A stretch of 47,926 nt of DNA from an uncultured bacterium (GTDB lineage: Bacteria; Patescibacteriota; Patescibacteriia; UBA1558; GWA2-36-10). Where the stretch lies: NCBI GenBank assembly GCA_903876815.1, contig CAIRBL010000087.1:1-47926 (forward strand), read 5' to 3'. Made by a program: the position numbers and the translations under genes. The notes under the pieces are model-generated. The model made no database searches and was not told where the DNA came from. It saw nothing but the letters and a program-made list of their open reading frames with translations. This document shows, piece after piece, positions 8,178-15,142 of this stretch (the stretch's first letter is position 1; every line of letters begins with the position of its first letter).

Positions 8178-9107
8178 ATGAAAAAGATTTTTAGTTTAGC
8201 CTTTGTTTTTTCTCTATTAGTTGTGCCACATTTTGTACAAGCTGGTTTTTTAGATGGCTTAGCTTGTGTGGAGAGTGGAGCAAATTGTAGTTTGGATGAT
8301 ATAAAAACTGGCTTTATAACTTTGACAAAATTATTAATAGGTGCGGTTGGCGCCTTAGCTCTTTTATATTTTATTTGGGGTGGAATACAGTGGATGACTT
8401 CTTATGGTAATCAGCAAAAAATTCAGCATGGTCGAGACATCATGTTACAAACAGTTGTGGCTTTGGTGATTGCCTTTACTAGTTTTTTGTTGGTAGAATT
8501 TTTTGTTAACGATTTTTTAAAAGCAGAATCACCGATCACTTCAGAATGCGCTAATCAAAAAGAAGGCAAGGCTTGTGGCGAAAATTATGTGTGTAGTGGC
8601 ATAGATTTTAAAGATGATCAAGCTGTTTATAATGAAATTTGTATGAGTAAGTGTCAGCTTAAAAGTCTAAAAGATACTAGCACTAATTGGACTTGTTTAT
8701 CGCCAGCTATAGCTGAGATGTCAGGTGTGAAATCAGAAAAAGGTTTGTGTCCAGGCAAGGACATTTGTGTGGATGTCAATTCTATTGCTATTGATAACTC
8801 ATCATCACCTACTAATGAATTTGCCGGAAAATCTTGTTGTGTCAATTATAGCGTTGGACGACCTAGTTGTCAGGAGATATCTTATTTAGATGAGTGTTTC
8901 GCTGGGCAGACAAAATTTAGCACAAATTGTAGTGAAGTTGATATGTGTGATCCAAATTGGGTTCAGGCAGATATCGGTTGTTGCGTGTCGAATGCTGGTG
9001 AGAATATTTGTATGGTGCCAAACGCTGGCATAATTTGTGATAATTTTTCTGCGCAAGATTGTGAAAATATTGTGGCCTGTGGTTGTACGTCGGGTTGTTA
9101 TGAATAA
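8178..9107 (+). CDS. VirB2/TrbC-like pilin domain fused to a Cys-rich extracellular C-terminal domain (P1)
   Basis: Signal peptide, two TM helices and the conserved loop WGGIQWMTSYGNQQKIQHGRD. A ~190-aa extension with 22 Cys follows. Confidence 0.65.
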   Translation: MKKIFSLAFVFSLLVVPHFVQAGFLDGLACVESGANCSLDDIKTGFITLTKLLIGAVGALALLYFIWGGIQWMTSYGNQQKIQHGRDIMLQTVVALVIAFTSFLLVEFFVNDFLKAESPITSECANQKEGKACGENYVCSGIDFKDDQAVYNEICMSKCQLKSLKDTSTNWTCLSPAIAEMSGVKSEKGLCPGKDICVDVNSIAIDNSSSPTNEFAGKSCCVNYSVGRPSCQEISYLDECFAGQTKFSTNCSEVDMCDPNWVQADIGCCVSNAGENICMVPNAGIICDNFSAQDCENIVACGCTSGCYE

Positions 9108-9125
9108 GTTGTATTAATTTAAAAT

Positions 9126-9464
9126 ATGAAAATAAAAAATTTGTTAGTTAGTTTGTATCTATTATTTTTAGCAAACATAGCTCAAGCGGAATCCTTGTAC
9201 AATCCTTTGGGTAAAAGTACAAATAAATTTCCCGTTTTAATTAATAATGCCATCAAAGGTATCTTAGGTTTGAGTGGCGCAGTAGCTTTGGTGATGATAG
9301 TTATTGGGGGTATTACTTGGATGACTTCAGCTGGTAACTCTGATCGCGTCAGACGTGGCAAAGACACTTTGTTGTGGGCAATTTTAGGCTTGTTGATTAT
9401 CTTTTTAAGCTACGCTATTATTAATTTTGTGTTTGAAGCTTTAGCAAGAGAAGCAAGTTTATAA
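9126..9464 (+). CDS. VirB2/TrbC-like pilin (P2)
   Basis: Signal peptide ..ANIAQA, GGITWMTSAGNSDRVRRGKD loop, two hydrophobic helices. Confidence 0.7.
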   Translation: MKIKNLLVSLYLLFLANIAQAESLYNPLGKSTNKFPVLINNAIKGILGLSGAVALVMIVIGGITWMTSAGNSDRVRRGKDTLLWAILGLLIIFLSYAIINFVFEALAREASL

Positions 9465-9543
9465 TTATAGTATTAATAATTGAAATTTATTACCTTGAAA
9501 GGGGGTGGAAAAATGAAAAAAATTATTACAGCTTTATTATTAG
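9460..9543 (+). repeat. 84-nt block identical to 9904-9987 (promoter, leader, SD and signal-peptide codons of pilin P3)
   Basis: The exact match tataattatagtattaataattgaaatttattaccttgaaagggggtggaaaaatgaaaaaaattattacagctttattattag occurs at both positions (444-nt period). Confidence 0.9.
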
Positions 9544-9872
9544 TAGCGCCGATGATGGCTTCAGCTCAAGTGACTACCGATTTTGGTTTGAATACTTTTG
9601 CAAATAGCGGCTTAGGCACTCGTGATCTTAAAGAGACTATTGCTGCTTTGATTAATGTTATTTTAGGTTTCTTAGGCATCATTGCCGTGTTGATCATTTT
9701 GTTAGGTGGTTTTAAATGGATGACCTCACAAGGTGATTCTGGTAAAGTAGATGAGGCTAAGGGTTTGATTGGTGCTGGCGTGGTTGGTTTAGTTATTATT
9801 TTAGCCGCCTATGCCATTGCTCAATTTGTTTTGACCAATGTCTATAACGCCACCGGCGGAGTAACGGCTTAA
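9513..9872 (+). CDS. VirB2/TrbC-like pilin (P3)
   Basis: ATG at 9513 is preceded by the SD AGGGGGTGG at good spacing; the track TTG start at 9480 is rejected. Signal ..PMMASA, loop GGFKWMTSQGDSGKVDEAKG. Confidence 0.75.
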   Translation: MKKIITALLLVAPMMASAQVTTDFGLNTFANSGLGTRDLKETIAALINVILGFLGIIAVLIILLGGFKWMTSQGDSGKVDEAKGLIGAGVVGLVIILAAYAIAQFVLTNVYNATGGVTA

Positions 9873-9880
9873 AATATTGA

Positions 9881-9909
9881 TTGAGTTTTTGTTTTTTTTA
9901 TCGTATAAT
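9881..9909 (+). promoter_or_regulatory. Promoter of pilin P4 (TTGAGT-17-TATAAT)
   Basis: -35 at 9881-9886, 17-nt spacer, -10 at 9904-9909. The -10 and everything downstream are duplicated from the P3 copy, whose -10 is at 9460-9465. Confidence 0.5.
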
Positions 9910-9987
9910 TATAGTATTAATAATTGAAATTTATTACCTTGAAAGGGGGTGGAAAAATGAAAAAAATTATTACAGCTTTATTATTAG
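9904..9987 (+). repeat. Second copy of the 84-nt pilin promoter/leader/signal block
   Basis: Identical to 9460-9543. Confidence 0.9.
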
Positions 9988-10295
9988 CAGCACCTATGAT
10001 GGCTTCAGCTCAAGGCAATTTTGGTCTTGATGATCTTAATACAAGTTTAGGCTCTCGTGAGCTTAAGAGCACGATTAGTCAATTAATTAATGTTGTCTTA
10101 GGTTTCTTAGGCATCATTGCCGTGTTAATCATTTTGTTAGGCGGTTTTAAATGGATGACCTCACAAGGATCGTCTGATAAGGTGGACGAAGCTAAGAAAT
10201 TAATTGGCGCTGGTATCGTGGGTTTGATTATTATCTTAGCCTCTTACGCAATTGCTCAATTTGTTTTGACCAATGTCTATAACGCTACTGTATAA
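9957..10295 (+). CDS. VirB2/TrbC-like pilin (P4), recent paralog of P3
   Basis: Same SD and signal peptide as P3. Loop GGFKWMTSQGSSDKVDEAKK. Identical C-terminal AIAQFVLTNVYNA. Confidence 0.75.
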   Translation: MKKIITALLLAAPMMASAQGNFGLDDLNTSLGSRELKSTISQLINVVLGFLGIIAVLIILLGGFKWMTSQGSSDKVDEAKKLIGAGIVGLIIILASYAIAQFVLTNVYNATV

Positions 10296-10302
10296 ATACC
10301 AT

Positions 10303-10339
10303 TATAGTCTAGACTATAGTAGGTCAACGCTTGACCTAC
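10303..10339. promoter_or_regulatory. Two adjacent perfect palindromes between pilins P4 and P5
   Basis: tatagtctagactata at 10303-10318, and gtaggtcaa-cgc-ttgacctac at 10319-10339. No T-run follows. Confidence 0.4.
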
Positions 10340-10345
10340 TAAAGT

Positions 10346-10771
10346 ATGGATTTTAAAAGTATGAAATTTAAATTAATTTTTTCTTTTCTTTTGCTTGCAC
10401 CTAGTCATTTGCTTTTAGCCGATGGTTTGTCTGAGGCACAAGCTGGTTTGAACGTAGCTGCTGGCGGAAATTTTAACACCAATAGAGGTATTAGAGATTA
10501 TATTGCTATTTTAATCAAAGGTGCTCTGTCATTGCTCGGGGCAATTTTTATTGTATTGATAGTTTTAGCTGGTTTTAAATGGATGACCTCAGCTGGAAAT
10601 TCTAGTAAGATAGATGAAGCTAAATCTACTATTGTAAATTCTGTGATTGGTTTAGCGGTAGTATTAGCAGCTTATGCTATTGTTAATTTTGTTTTACAAG
10701 CTTTACAAGATTCAGTTTCTAATTCCGGAGGCTTTAATGATGGTGGCGGTGGTGGTAATACACAAAATTAA
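10346..10771 (+). CDS. VirB2/TrbC-like pilin with a Gly-rich C-terminal tail (P5)
   Basis: Loop AGFKWMTSAGNSSKIDEAKS and two TM helices. The alternative ATG at 10361 (MKFKLIFSFLLLAPSHLLLA) may be the true start. Confidence 0.7.
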   Translation: MDFKSMKFKLIFSFLLLAPSHLLLADGLSEAQAGLNVAAGGNFNTNRGIRDYIAILIKGALSLLGAIFIVLIVLAGFKWMTSAGNSSKIDEAKSTIVNSVIGLAVVLAAYAIVNFVLQALQDSVSNSGGFNDGGGGGNTQN

Positions 10772-10786
10772 ATTTATATAATTGAA

Positions 10787-10820
10787 CCCCCGCCAAGCTG
10801 TGCTTGGCGGGGGCCTTTTT
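10787..10820. terminator. GC-rich bidirectional terminator
   Basis: 12-bp stem cccccgccaagc / gcttggcggggg (10787-10798 / 10802-10813) plus a T-run that overlaps the stop codon of the convergent gene. Confidence 0.8.
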
Positions 10821-11430
10821 ATCTCCTTTCTAAGGTTATGACCCAATCAACCATTTCACCATTGAATTCCATCTTGTGGTTATCGTTGGCTATGGCCGTT
10901 TCGTATTCGTAGACTCGGCCATTAGGTCTAATCTGCCAGTAAATAGTCAGGGGACCAGGACTAAGATCCTGTTGGCTAAAAGCGCCAGCTCTTAGGGCGA
11001 TCGTTTTGCCTTTGAATTTGACATTGATGATGTCTTGGCCAAAGGCATTATCTATGTAGCCATACAAGAGTGGGGCATCGTAGACGAAACGATCGTTAAT
11101 TTTGACCTCCTGGATACCAGGCCAGTGACCAGATCGTGGGATGGGAGGCAATTTAATTTCGTCAAGTGCCCAGCCACCCTTGTCATCTTTAACTCTTATA
11201 GAGATATGGATTACATCTCTACGCGGAGTTGACACTAGCTTAGGGTAATTTGGCAAGACTATGTGCCAAATATTTCCCTTTTCTTCGGCCACATTAACAA
11301 GGACTGCTTGTTCGCTTGTGATCCTCCACTGACAATATGAAGGATCATAATCAGGCGTGGGGCCTTGGTAGCTACTGCAAGCCACCATTAGCCAGCTCAG
11401 AGCCAGCCAAAAGAGCGTGTGCTTCTTCAT
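10819..11430 (-). CDS. Orphan lipoprotein, function unknown
   Basis: Lipobox LMVAC|SS. Strong SD (AAGGAAG, 7-nt spacing). More G/C-ending codons than neighbouring genes. No recognisable motif. Confidence 0.6.
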   Translation of the reverse strand: MKKHTLFWLALSWLMVACSSYQGPTPDYDPSYCQWRITSEQAVLVNVAEEKGNIWHIVLPNYPKLVSTPRRDVIHISIRVKDDKGGWALDEIKLPPIPRSGHWPGIQEVKINDRFVYDAPLLYGYIDNAFGQDIINVKFKGKTIALRAGAFSQQDLSPGPLTIYWQIRPNGRVYEYETAIANDNHKMEFNGEMVDWVITLERR

Positions 11431-11540
11431 TAGACTTCTTCCTTATGTTGGATGATTTGTGATTATAAGAGCGTGAACTATATATTATACATTATTTATG
11501 TTTTTTTGTCAAATATAAGCTAAAGTCTTTGGTAGAAATA

Positions 11541-11549
11541 TGATATAAT
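11541..11549 (+). promoter_or_regulatory. Extended -10 (TGATATAAT) placed for a leaderless transcript
   Basis: TGnTATAAT ends at 11549, a 6-nt spacer follows, then ATG at 11556. Confidence 0.55.
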
Positions 11550-11555
11550 TTAGCC

Positions 11556-13412
11556 ATGAATTTCCTATTAAAATTAAAAAAATTTTTAGAAAAGCACAGT
11601 TTTTTGTTTTTAGTTATAGCTGTCATTATTTATATAATCAGCTTTAGTTTTTTGACTCTAAAAAAACTAGACTATTTTGCTTATAATAATTTTGACCTAG
11701 CTATTTTTAATCAAGTTTTTTTCAACACTATTCACGGTCGTTGGCTAGAAATGACGGTTAATTTGAATAATTATATAGCTGATCATTTTACGCCTTTTAT
11801 CATTTTTCTTTTACCATTTTATGCTTTAAAACCTGGCCCAGAAACTTTACTTGTGATGCAAAGCTTTATTTTGGCTATTAGCGCCTTACCTTTATATTTT
11901 ATCAGTCACAGAGTAACTAAAAATAAAATATTATCTTTAGGCATAGCCTTGGCTTGGTTACTTAATCCATTTATCCACCAAGTTAATTTTACGGAAGTTC
12001 ATTTAGAGGTGGTAATGGCATCTTTATTTTTTATTATTTTTTATTTTTATTATCTTGATAAGTTTGGATATTTTTTATTATTTTTTATCCTCACTTTATT
12101 AGTCAGAGAGGATATGGCTTTATTTTTATTAGGCTTTCCTCTTTTGGCGTTATTTGAAAAAAGAAATTGGCGTTGGACATTTTTGCCAATTTTATTATCA
12201 ATTTCTTATTTTTTGTTTGCTGTTAAAGTAATAGATATTTTTTCAGTCCATAAACAGTATAAGTTTTTTATTTATTATGGCTGGCTAGGGGGCAGCGATG
12301 CTTTTTCCATTGCTTGGTCATTTGTCAGTCACCCTTGGCAAGTTTTGCGACATATTTTCAAGCTAGAAAATATTACTAGTGTTTTAGTTGTTTTGTGGCC
12401 GATGTTGTTTTTGCCTTTATACAAAAGCAAGTATTTACTTTTATCAGCCGTGCCTTTTGTTTTGACATTATTAACCGGCAGCGGCTTTAGCTCTTTGGTT
12501 TATCATACCCATTATATTTTATTTGTTTTACCAGGTATTTTTATTGCTTTTATTTTTGCCTTAGCTGATTTGCAGCAACATAAGTATTATCAGTATATTA
12601 TAATTTTATTGAGCGTTACTGTGATATATTTGGCTATATTTTTAGGCCCAGTAAAAAATTTTTTAGCGCATCAATTTGACACTAAGATAATAGATTATAA
12701 AAGACAATTAGTAAATCAAATACCTCCTGAGGCGAAAGTAGCTGTCAGCTCAGATTTTTTACCAGCCTTAAGTAGTCGGCAATATGTCTATCCTTTAAAT
12801 TATGCTTTTTTTGGTTATAGTCAATTTTTATTAGAACCTTTTGTTTTACCCCAGGTAGATTATTTATTTATTGATTTTGAAGATTTTATGATAGACGTGG
12901 TGGCCAAAGAGGGCAAGAGTTTTTTGACCGAGCATAAAGAAGTGATGAATGAAAACTGGCATAAAACATTGTCTGATTATGATTTGATTTCAGTTGAAAA
13001 AAATATTTTTTTCTTTAAGAAAAAAACTGAAGGGCAACAAAATTTATTTTTAAGTGAAGTAGTAGATTTTAGTAAAACAGACAATAACAAGGATTTGTTT
13101 TTTGGCCATAATTTTTTTGCCAAAGATAATGTTTTAGAAATTTTTGTGGATACAAATCTTTTTGTAGAAAATGCGTTGATTCGTTTTTATAGCAAAGACT
13201 CTTATTTTGATTTTCCATTAGACTATGCGATGTTTTCTAAAAAATTTTTAGAGCCAGACAAGGCTATTAAGCTGCATTATTATTTACCAGCAGACGTCGA
13301 GTCCTTTGAGATATTTAGTTGGACTGGTGAAAATATGGTTAGTTTGATTAATAATGCTGTGCCAGTTTTTCAGCTAGAGCTTTTACAAAGTAAAATTATT
13401 TTAAAGCGATGA
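11556..13412 (+). CDS. Polytopic membrane protein, DUF2079-like
   Basis: More than 10 TM helices. N-terminal FDLAIFNQVFFNT..ADHFTPFIIFLLPFYAL resembles the DUF2079 signature as I recall it. Large C-terminal soluble domain. Confidence 0.55.
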   Translation: MNFLLKLKKFLEKHSFLFLVIAVIIYIISFSFLTLKKLDYFAYNNFDLAIFNQVFFNTIHGRWLEMTVNLNNYIADHFTPFIIFLLPFYALKPGPETLLVMQSFILAISALPLYFISHRVTKNKILSLGIALAWLLNPFIHQVNFTEVHLEVVMASLFFIIFYFYYLDKFGYFLLFFILTLLVREDMALFLLGFPLLALFEKRNWRWTFLPILLSISYFLFAVKVIDIFSVHKQYKFFIYYGWLGGSDAFSIAWSFVSHPWQVLRHIFKLENITSVLVVLWPMLFLPLYKSKYLLLSAVPFVLTLLTGSGFSSLVYHTHYILFVLPGIFIAFIFALADLQQHKYYQYIIILLSVTVIYLAIFLGPVKNFLAHQFDTKIIDYKRQLVNQIPPEAKVAVSSDFLPALSSRQYVYPLNYAFFGYSQFLLEPFVLPQVDYLFIDFEDFMIDVVAKEGKSFLTEHKEVMNENWHKTLSDYDLISVEKNIFFFKKKTEGQQNLFLSEVVDFSKTDNNKDLFFGHNFFAKDNVLEIFVDTNLFVENALIRFYSKDSYFDFPLDYAMFSKKFLEPDKAIKLHYYLPADVESFEIFSWTGENMVSLINNAVPVFQLELLQSKIILKR

Positions 13413-15142
13413 GATTAAATATATTGTTAAAATTTTTTATCGTAGTTGTATTTTTTTCTTTTATTTTTTTAAGTTATTTCTTGAGCCACCCACACTACAA
13501 CTTGACTGATTGTTTGTTTATTAGTGGACAGTTTTTCTTGGTTTTTTTTCTTCTTTGGCAATTACTGGTTAAATTTTTACCACAGAAGATAGTCGCTTAT
13601 TTATTGAGTTTTGTGTTTATTATAGATTTTCTCTTGGTCATTTATTTTTTAATAGTAGGCATTCGTTTTAATTGGTTTTATTTTTGGTACAATCGTCAGG
13701 ATGCTTTTTTGAGCTTGCGGTTAGTTTTTGATAATTTTTATTTATCTTTATTTATCTTATTTATCTTTTTTCTTGTTATTGCCAAATTATTTTTGCTTAT
13801 CTTGGCTGATTTAAAATTTCCAAAAACAAAAACACAATATGTAGTGTATGTTTGTGCTTTTTTGTTTGTATTGTTTGCTTCTGCTGGGCCCAATAAAGCA
13901 GAAATTTTTACAGTATGGGGGGAAACTTTTAGTGGAAATAGTCAGATTATCAATTTGTATAGTCAAAAGTATAGTGATATTTTAGCACAAACCAATCAAG
14001 CTAATAAAAAAAATATAGAAACATTGCATGGTCTTGATGATTCTCAAAACGTATTTTTTTTACACTTAGAAAGTTTGAACAGTTCCTTAGTTGGTGAGGA
14101 CTTTACGCCAAATTTTTATAAGTTACAAAGCGAAGGATTAGTGTTTAAAAATTTACAAACAAATAATATTCAAACCATTAGAAGTGAAGAAAATATTTTG
14201 TGTCCAGTATTACCATCATTCGGCCTGTCCTTGCATCAGCAAGGCAAGTCGGCTGATTTATATTGTTTGCCGGCTATTTTTAAAGACCTTGGTTATAAAA
14301 CTTTATTTTTTAAAGACGATGATTTAAGTTTTGCCAATACCGGTGATTTTATGTTGAGTCTTGGTTTTGATGAGGTGCATAATAGCGATATTATGAAGCC
14401 AGAAGATAAATCTTTGCCTTGGGGTTATAGAGAGGATATTTTTTATCAGCGAGTTTTAGAATATTTAGAGCTATATAAGGGTCAAAAGATATTTGTTTAT
14501 ATTGCTGTGAGTGCAACTAATCACTTTCCTTTTATGACTTATGATAATTATCAAGACCTAAACTTAAACCTGCCATTTCAAGATGCGCAAAACATCAAAG
14601 AAAGAATGTCTAATACAAGCTTTTTGCAAGATCATTTTTTTGGTCAATTTTTGGAAACTTGGCGTTCAAAATATGCCAGCAGCTCTCATTTATTTGCTTT
14701 TGGTGATCAAGCTTGGCCAACCCAAGAGCATGGTAATTATCACAATGAGGCCTTTGCTTGGCAGGAAAATTTTGTTTCTAGTTTAGCTATGATTTCTCCG
14801 CAAATAGCTCAAGACACTTATGGTCTTAAAAATGATTATGTGCATCAGCTAGATATTTTTCCGACGGTCTTATCTTTAAATAATGTTACAAATACCATTT
14901 CTTTGGGCATTGATTTACTAGCAAAAAATGAAAAGCGTAAATGTATTATTTCTGTGCAGCCTTATTCTCGTAGATACATTGTGGTGATAGAATATCCCAA
15001 AAAATATTTGTATAATATTTTAGATAATAGTTTGGAAATTTATGATTTAGAACAAGACCCACAAGAAAAAAATCCAATTTTTCAGGGCTCCGCAGACGAC
15101 ATTTCTTATTTGGAAAATTGCCTCAACAATATTATTGATTAA
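13409..15142 (+). CDS. LtaS/sulfatase-family (alkaline-phosphatase superfamily) membrane enzyme
   Basis: About 5 N-terminal TM helices and an extracellular domain with FFLHLESLNS and SATNHFPF motifs. ATGA overlap with the upstream gene. Confidence 0.6.
   Translation: MRLNILLKFFIVVVFFSFIFLSYFLSHPHYNLTDCLFISGQFFLVFFLLWQLLVKFLPQKIVAYLLSFVFIIDFLLVIYFLIVGIRFNWFYFWYNRQDAFLSLRLVFDNFYLSLFILFIFFLVIAKLFLLILADLKFPKTKTQYVVYVCAFLFVLFASAGPNKAEIFTVWGETFSGNSQIINLYSQKYSDILAQTNQANKKNIETLHGLDDSQNVFFLHLESLNSSLVGEDFTPNFYKLQSEGLVFKNLQTNNIQTIRSEENILCPVLPSFGLSLHQQGKSADLYCLPAIFKDLGYKTLFFKDDDLSFANTGDFMLSLGFDEVHNSDIMKPEDKSLPWGYREDIFYQRVLEYLELYKGQKIFVYIAVSATNHFPFMTYDNYQDLNLNLPFQDAQNIKERMSNTSFLQDHFFGQFLETWRSKYASSSHLFAFGDQAWPTQEHGNYHNEAFAWQENFVSSLAMISPQIAQDTYGLKNDYVHQLDIFPTVLSLNNVTNTISLGIDLLAKNEKRKCIISVQPYSRRYIVVIEYPKKYLYNILDNSLEIYDLEQDPQEKNPIFQGSADDISYLENCLNNIID

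Noticed and set aside
9480-9512. TTG-initiated N-terminal extensions in the ORF track (9480, 9924, 5813, 16709, 28684, 38687, 39090, 41778, 45522, 45998)
   Set aside because: In each case an internal ATG gives a canonical N-terminus (signal peptide or conserved motif). The extension also overlaps an SD, a promoter, a terminator or the upstream gene. For example, the AGGGGGTGG SD lies inside the supposed 9480 and 9924 extensions.
9544-9700. A diversity-generating retroelement as the cause of the variable pilin segment
   Set aside because: No reverse transcriptase or template repeat is in the window. The differences between P3 and P4 include indels and changes at all four bases, not adenine-specific substitutions.
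13409-13412. Possible UGA recoding (Gracilibacteria/Absconditabacteria-type code 25)
   Set aside because: TGA ends conserved proteins at their expected lengths. It forms ATGA stop/start overlaps at 13409-12, 18108-11, 30663-66 and, on the minus strand, 33004-07. I noticed no conserved protein interrupted by an in-frame TGA. The standard code 11 fits.
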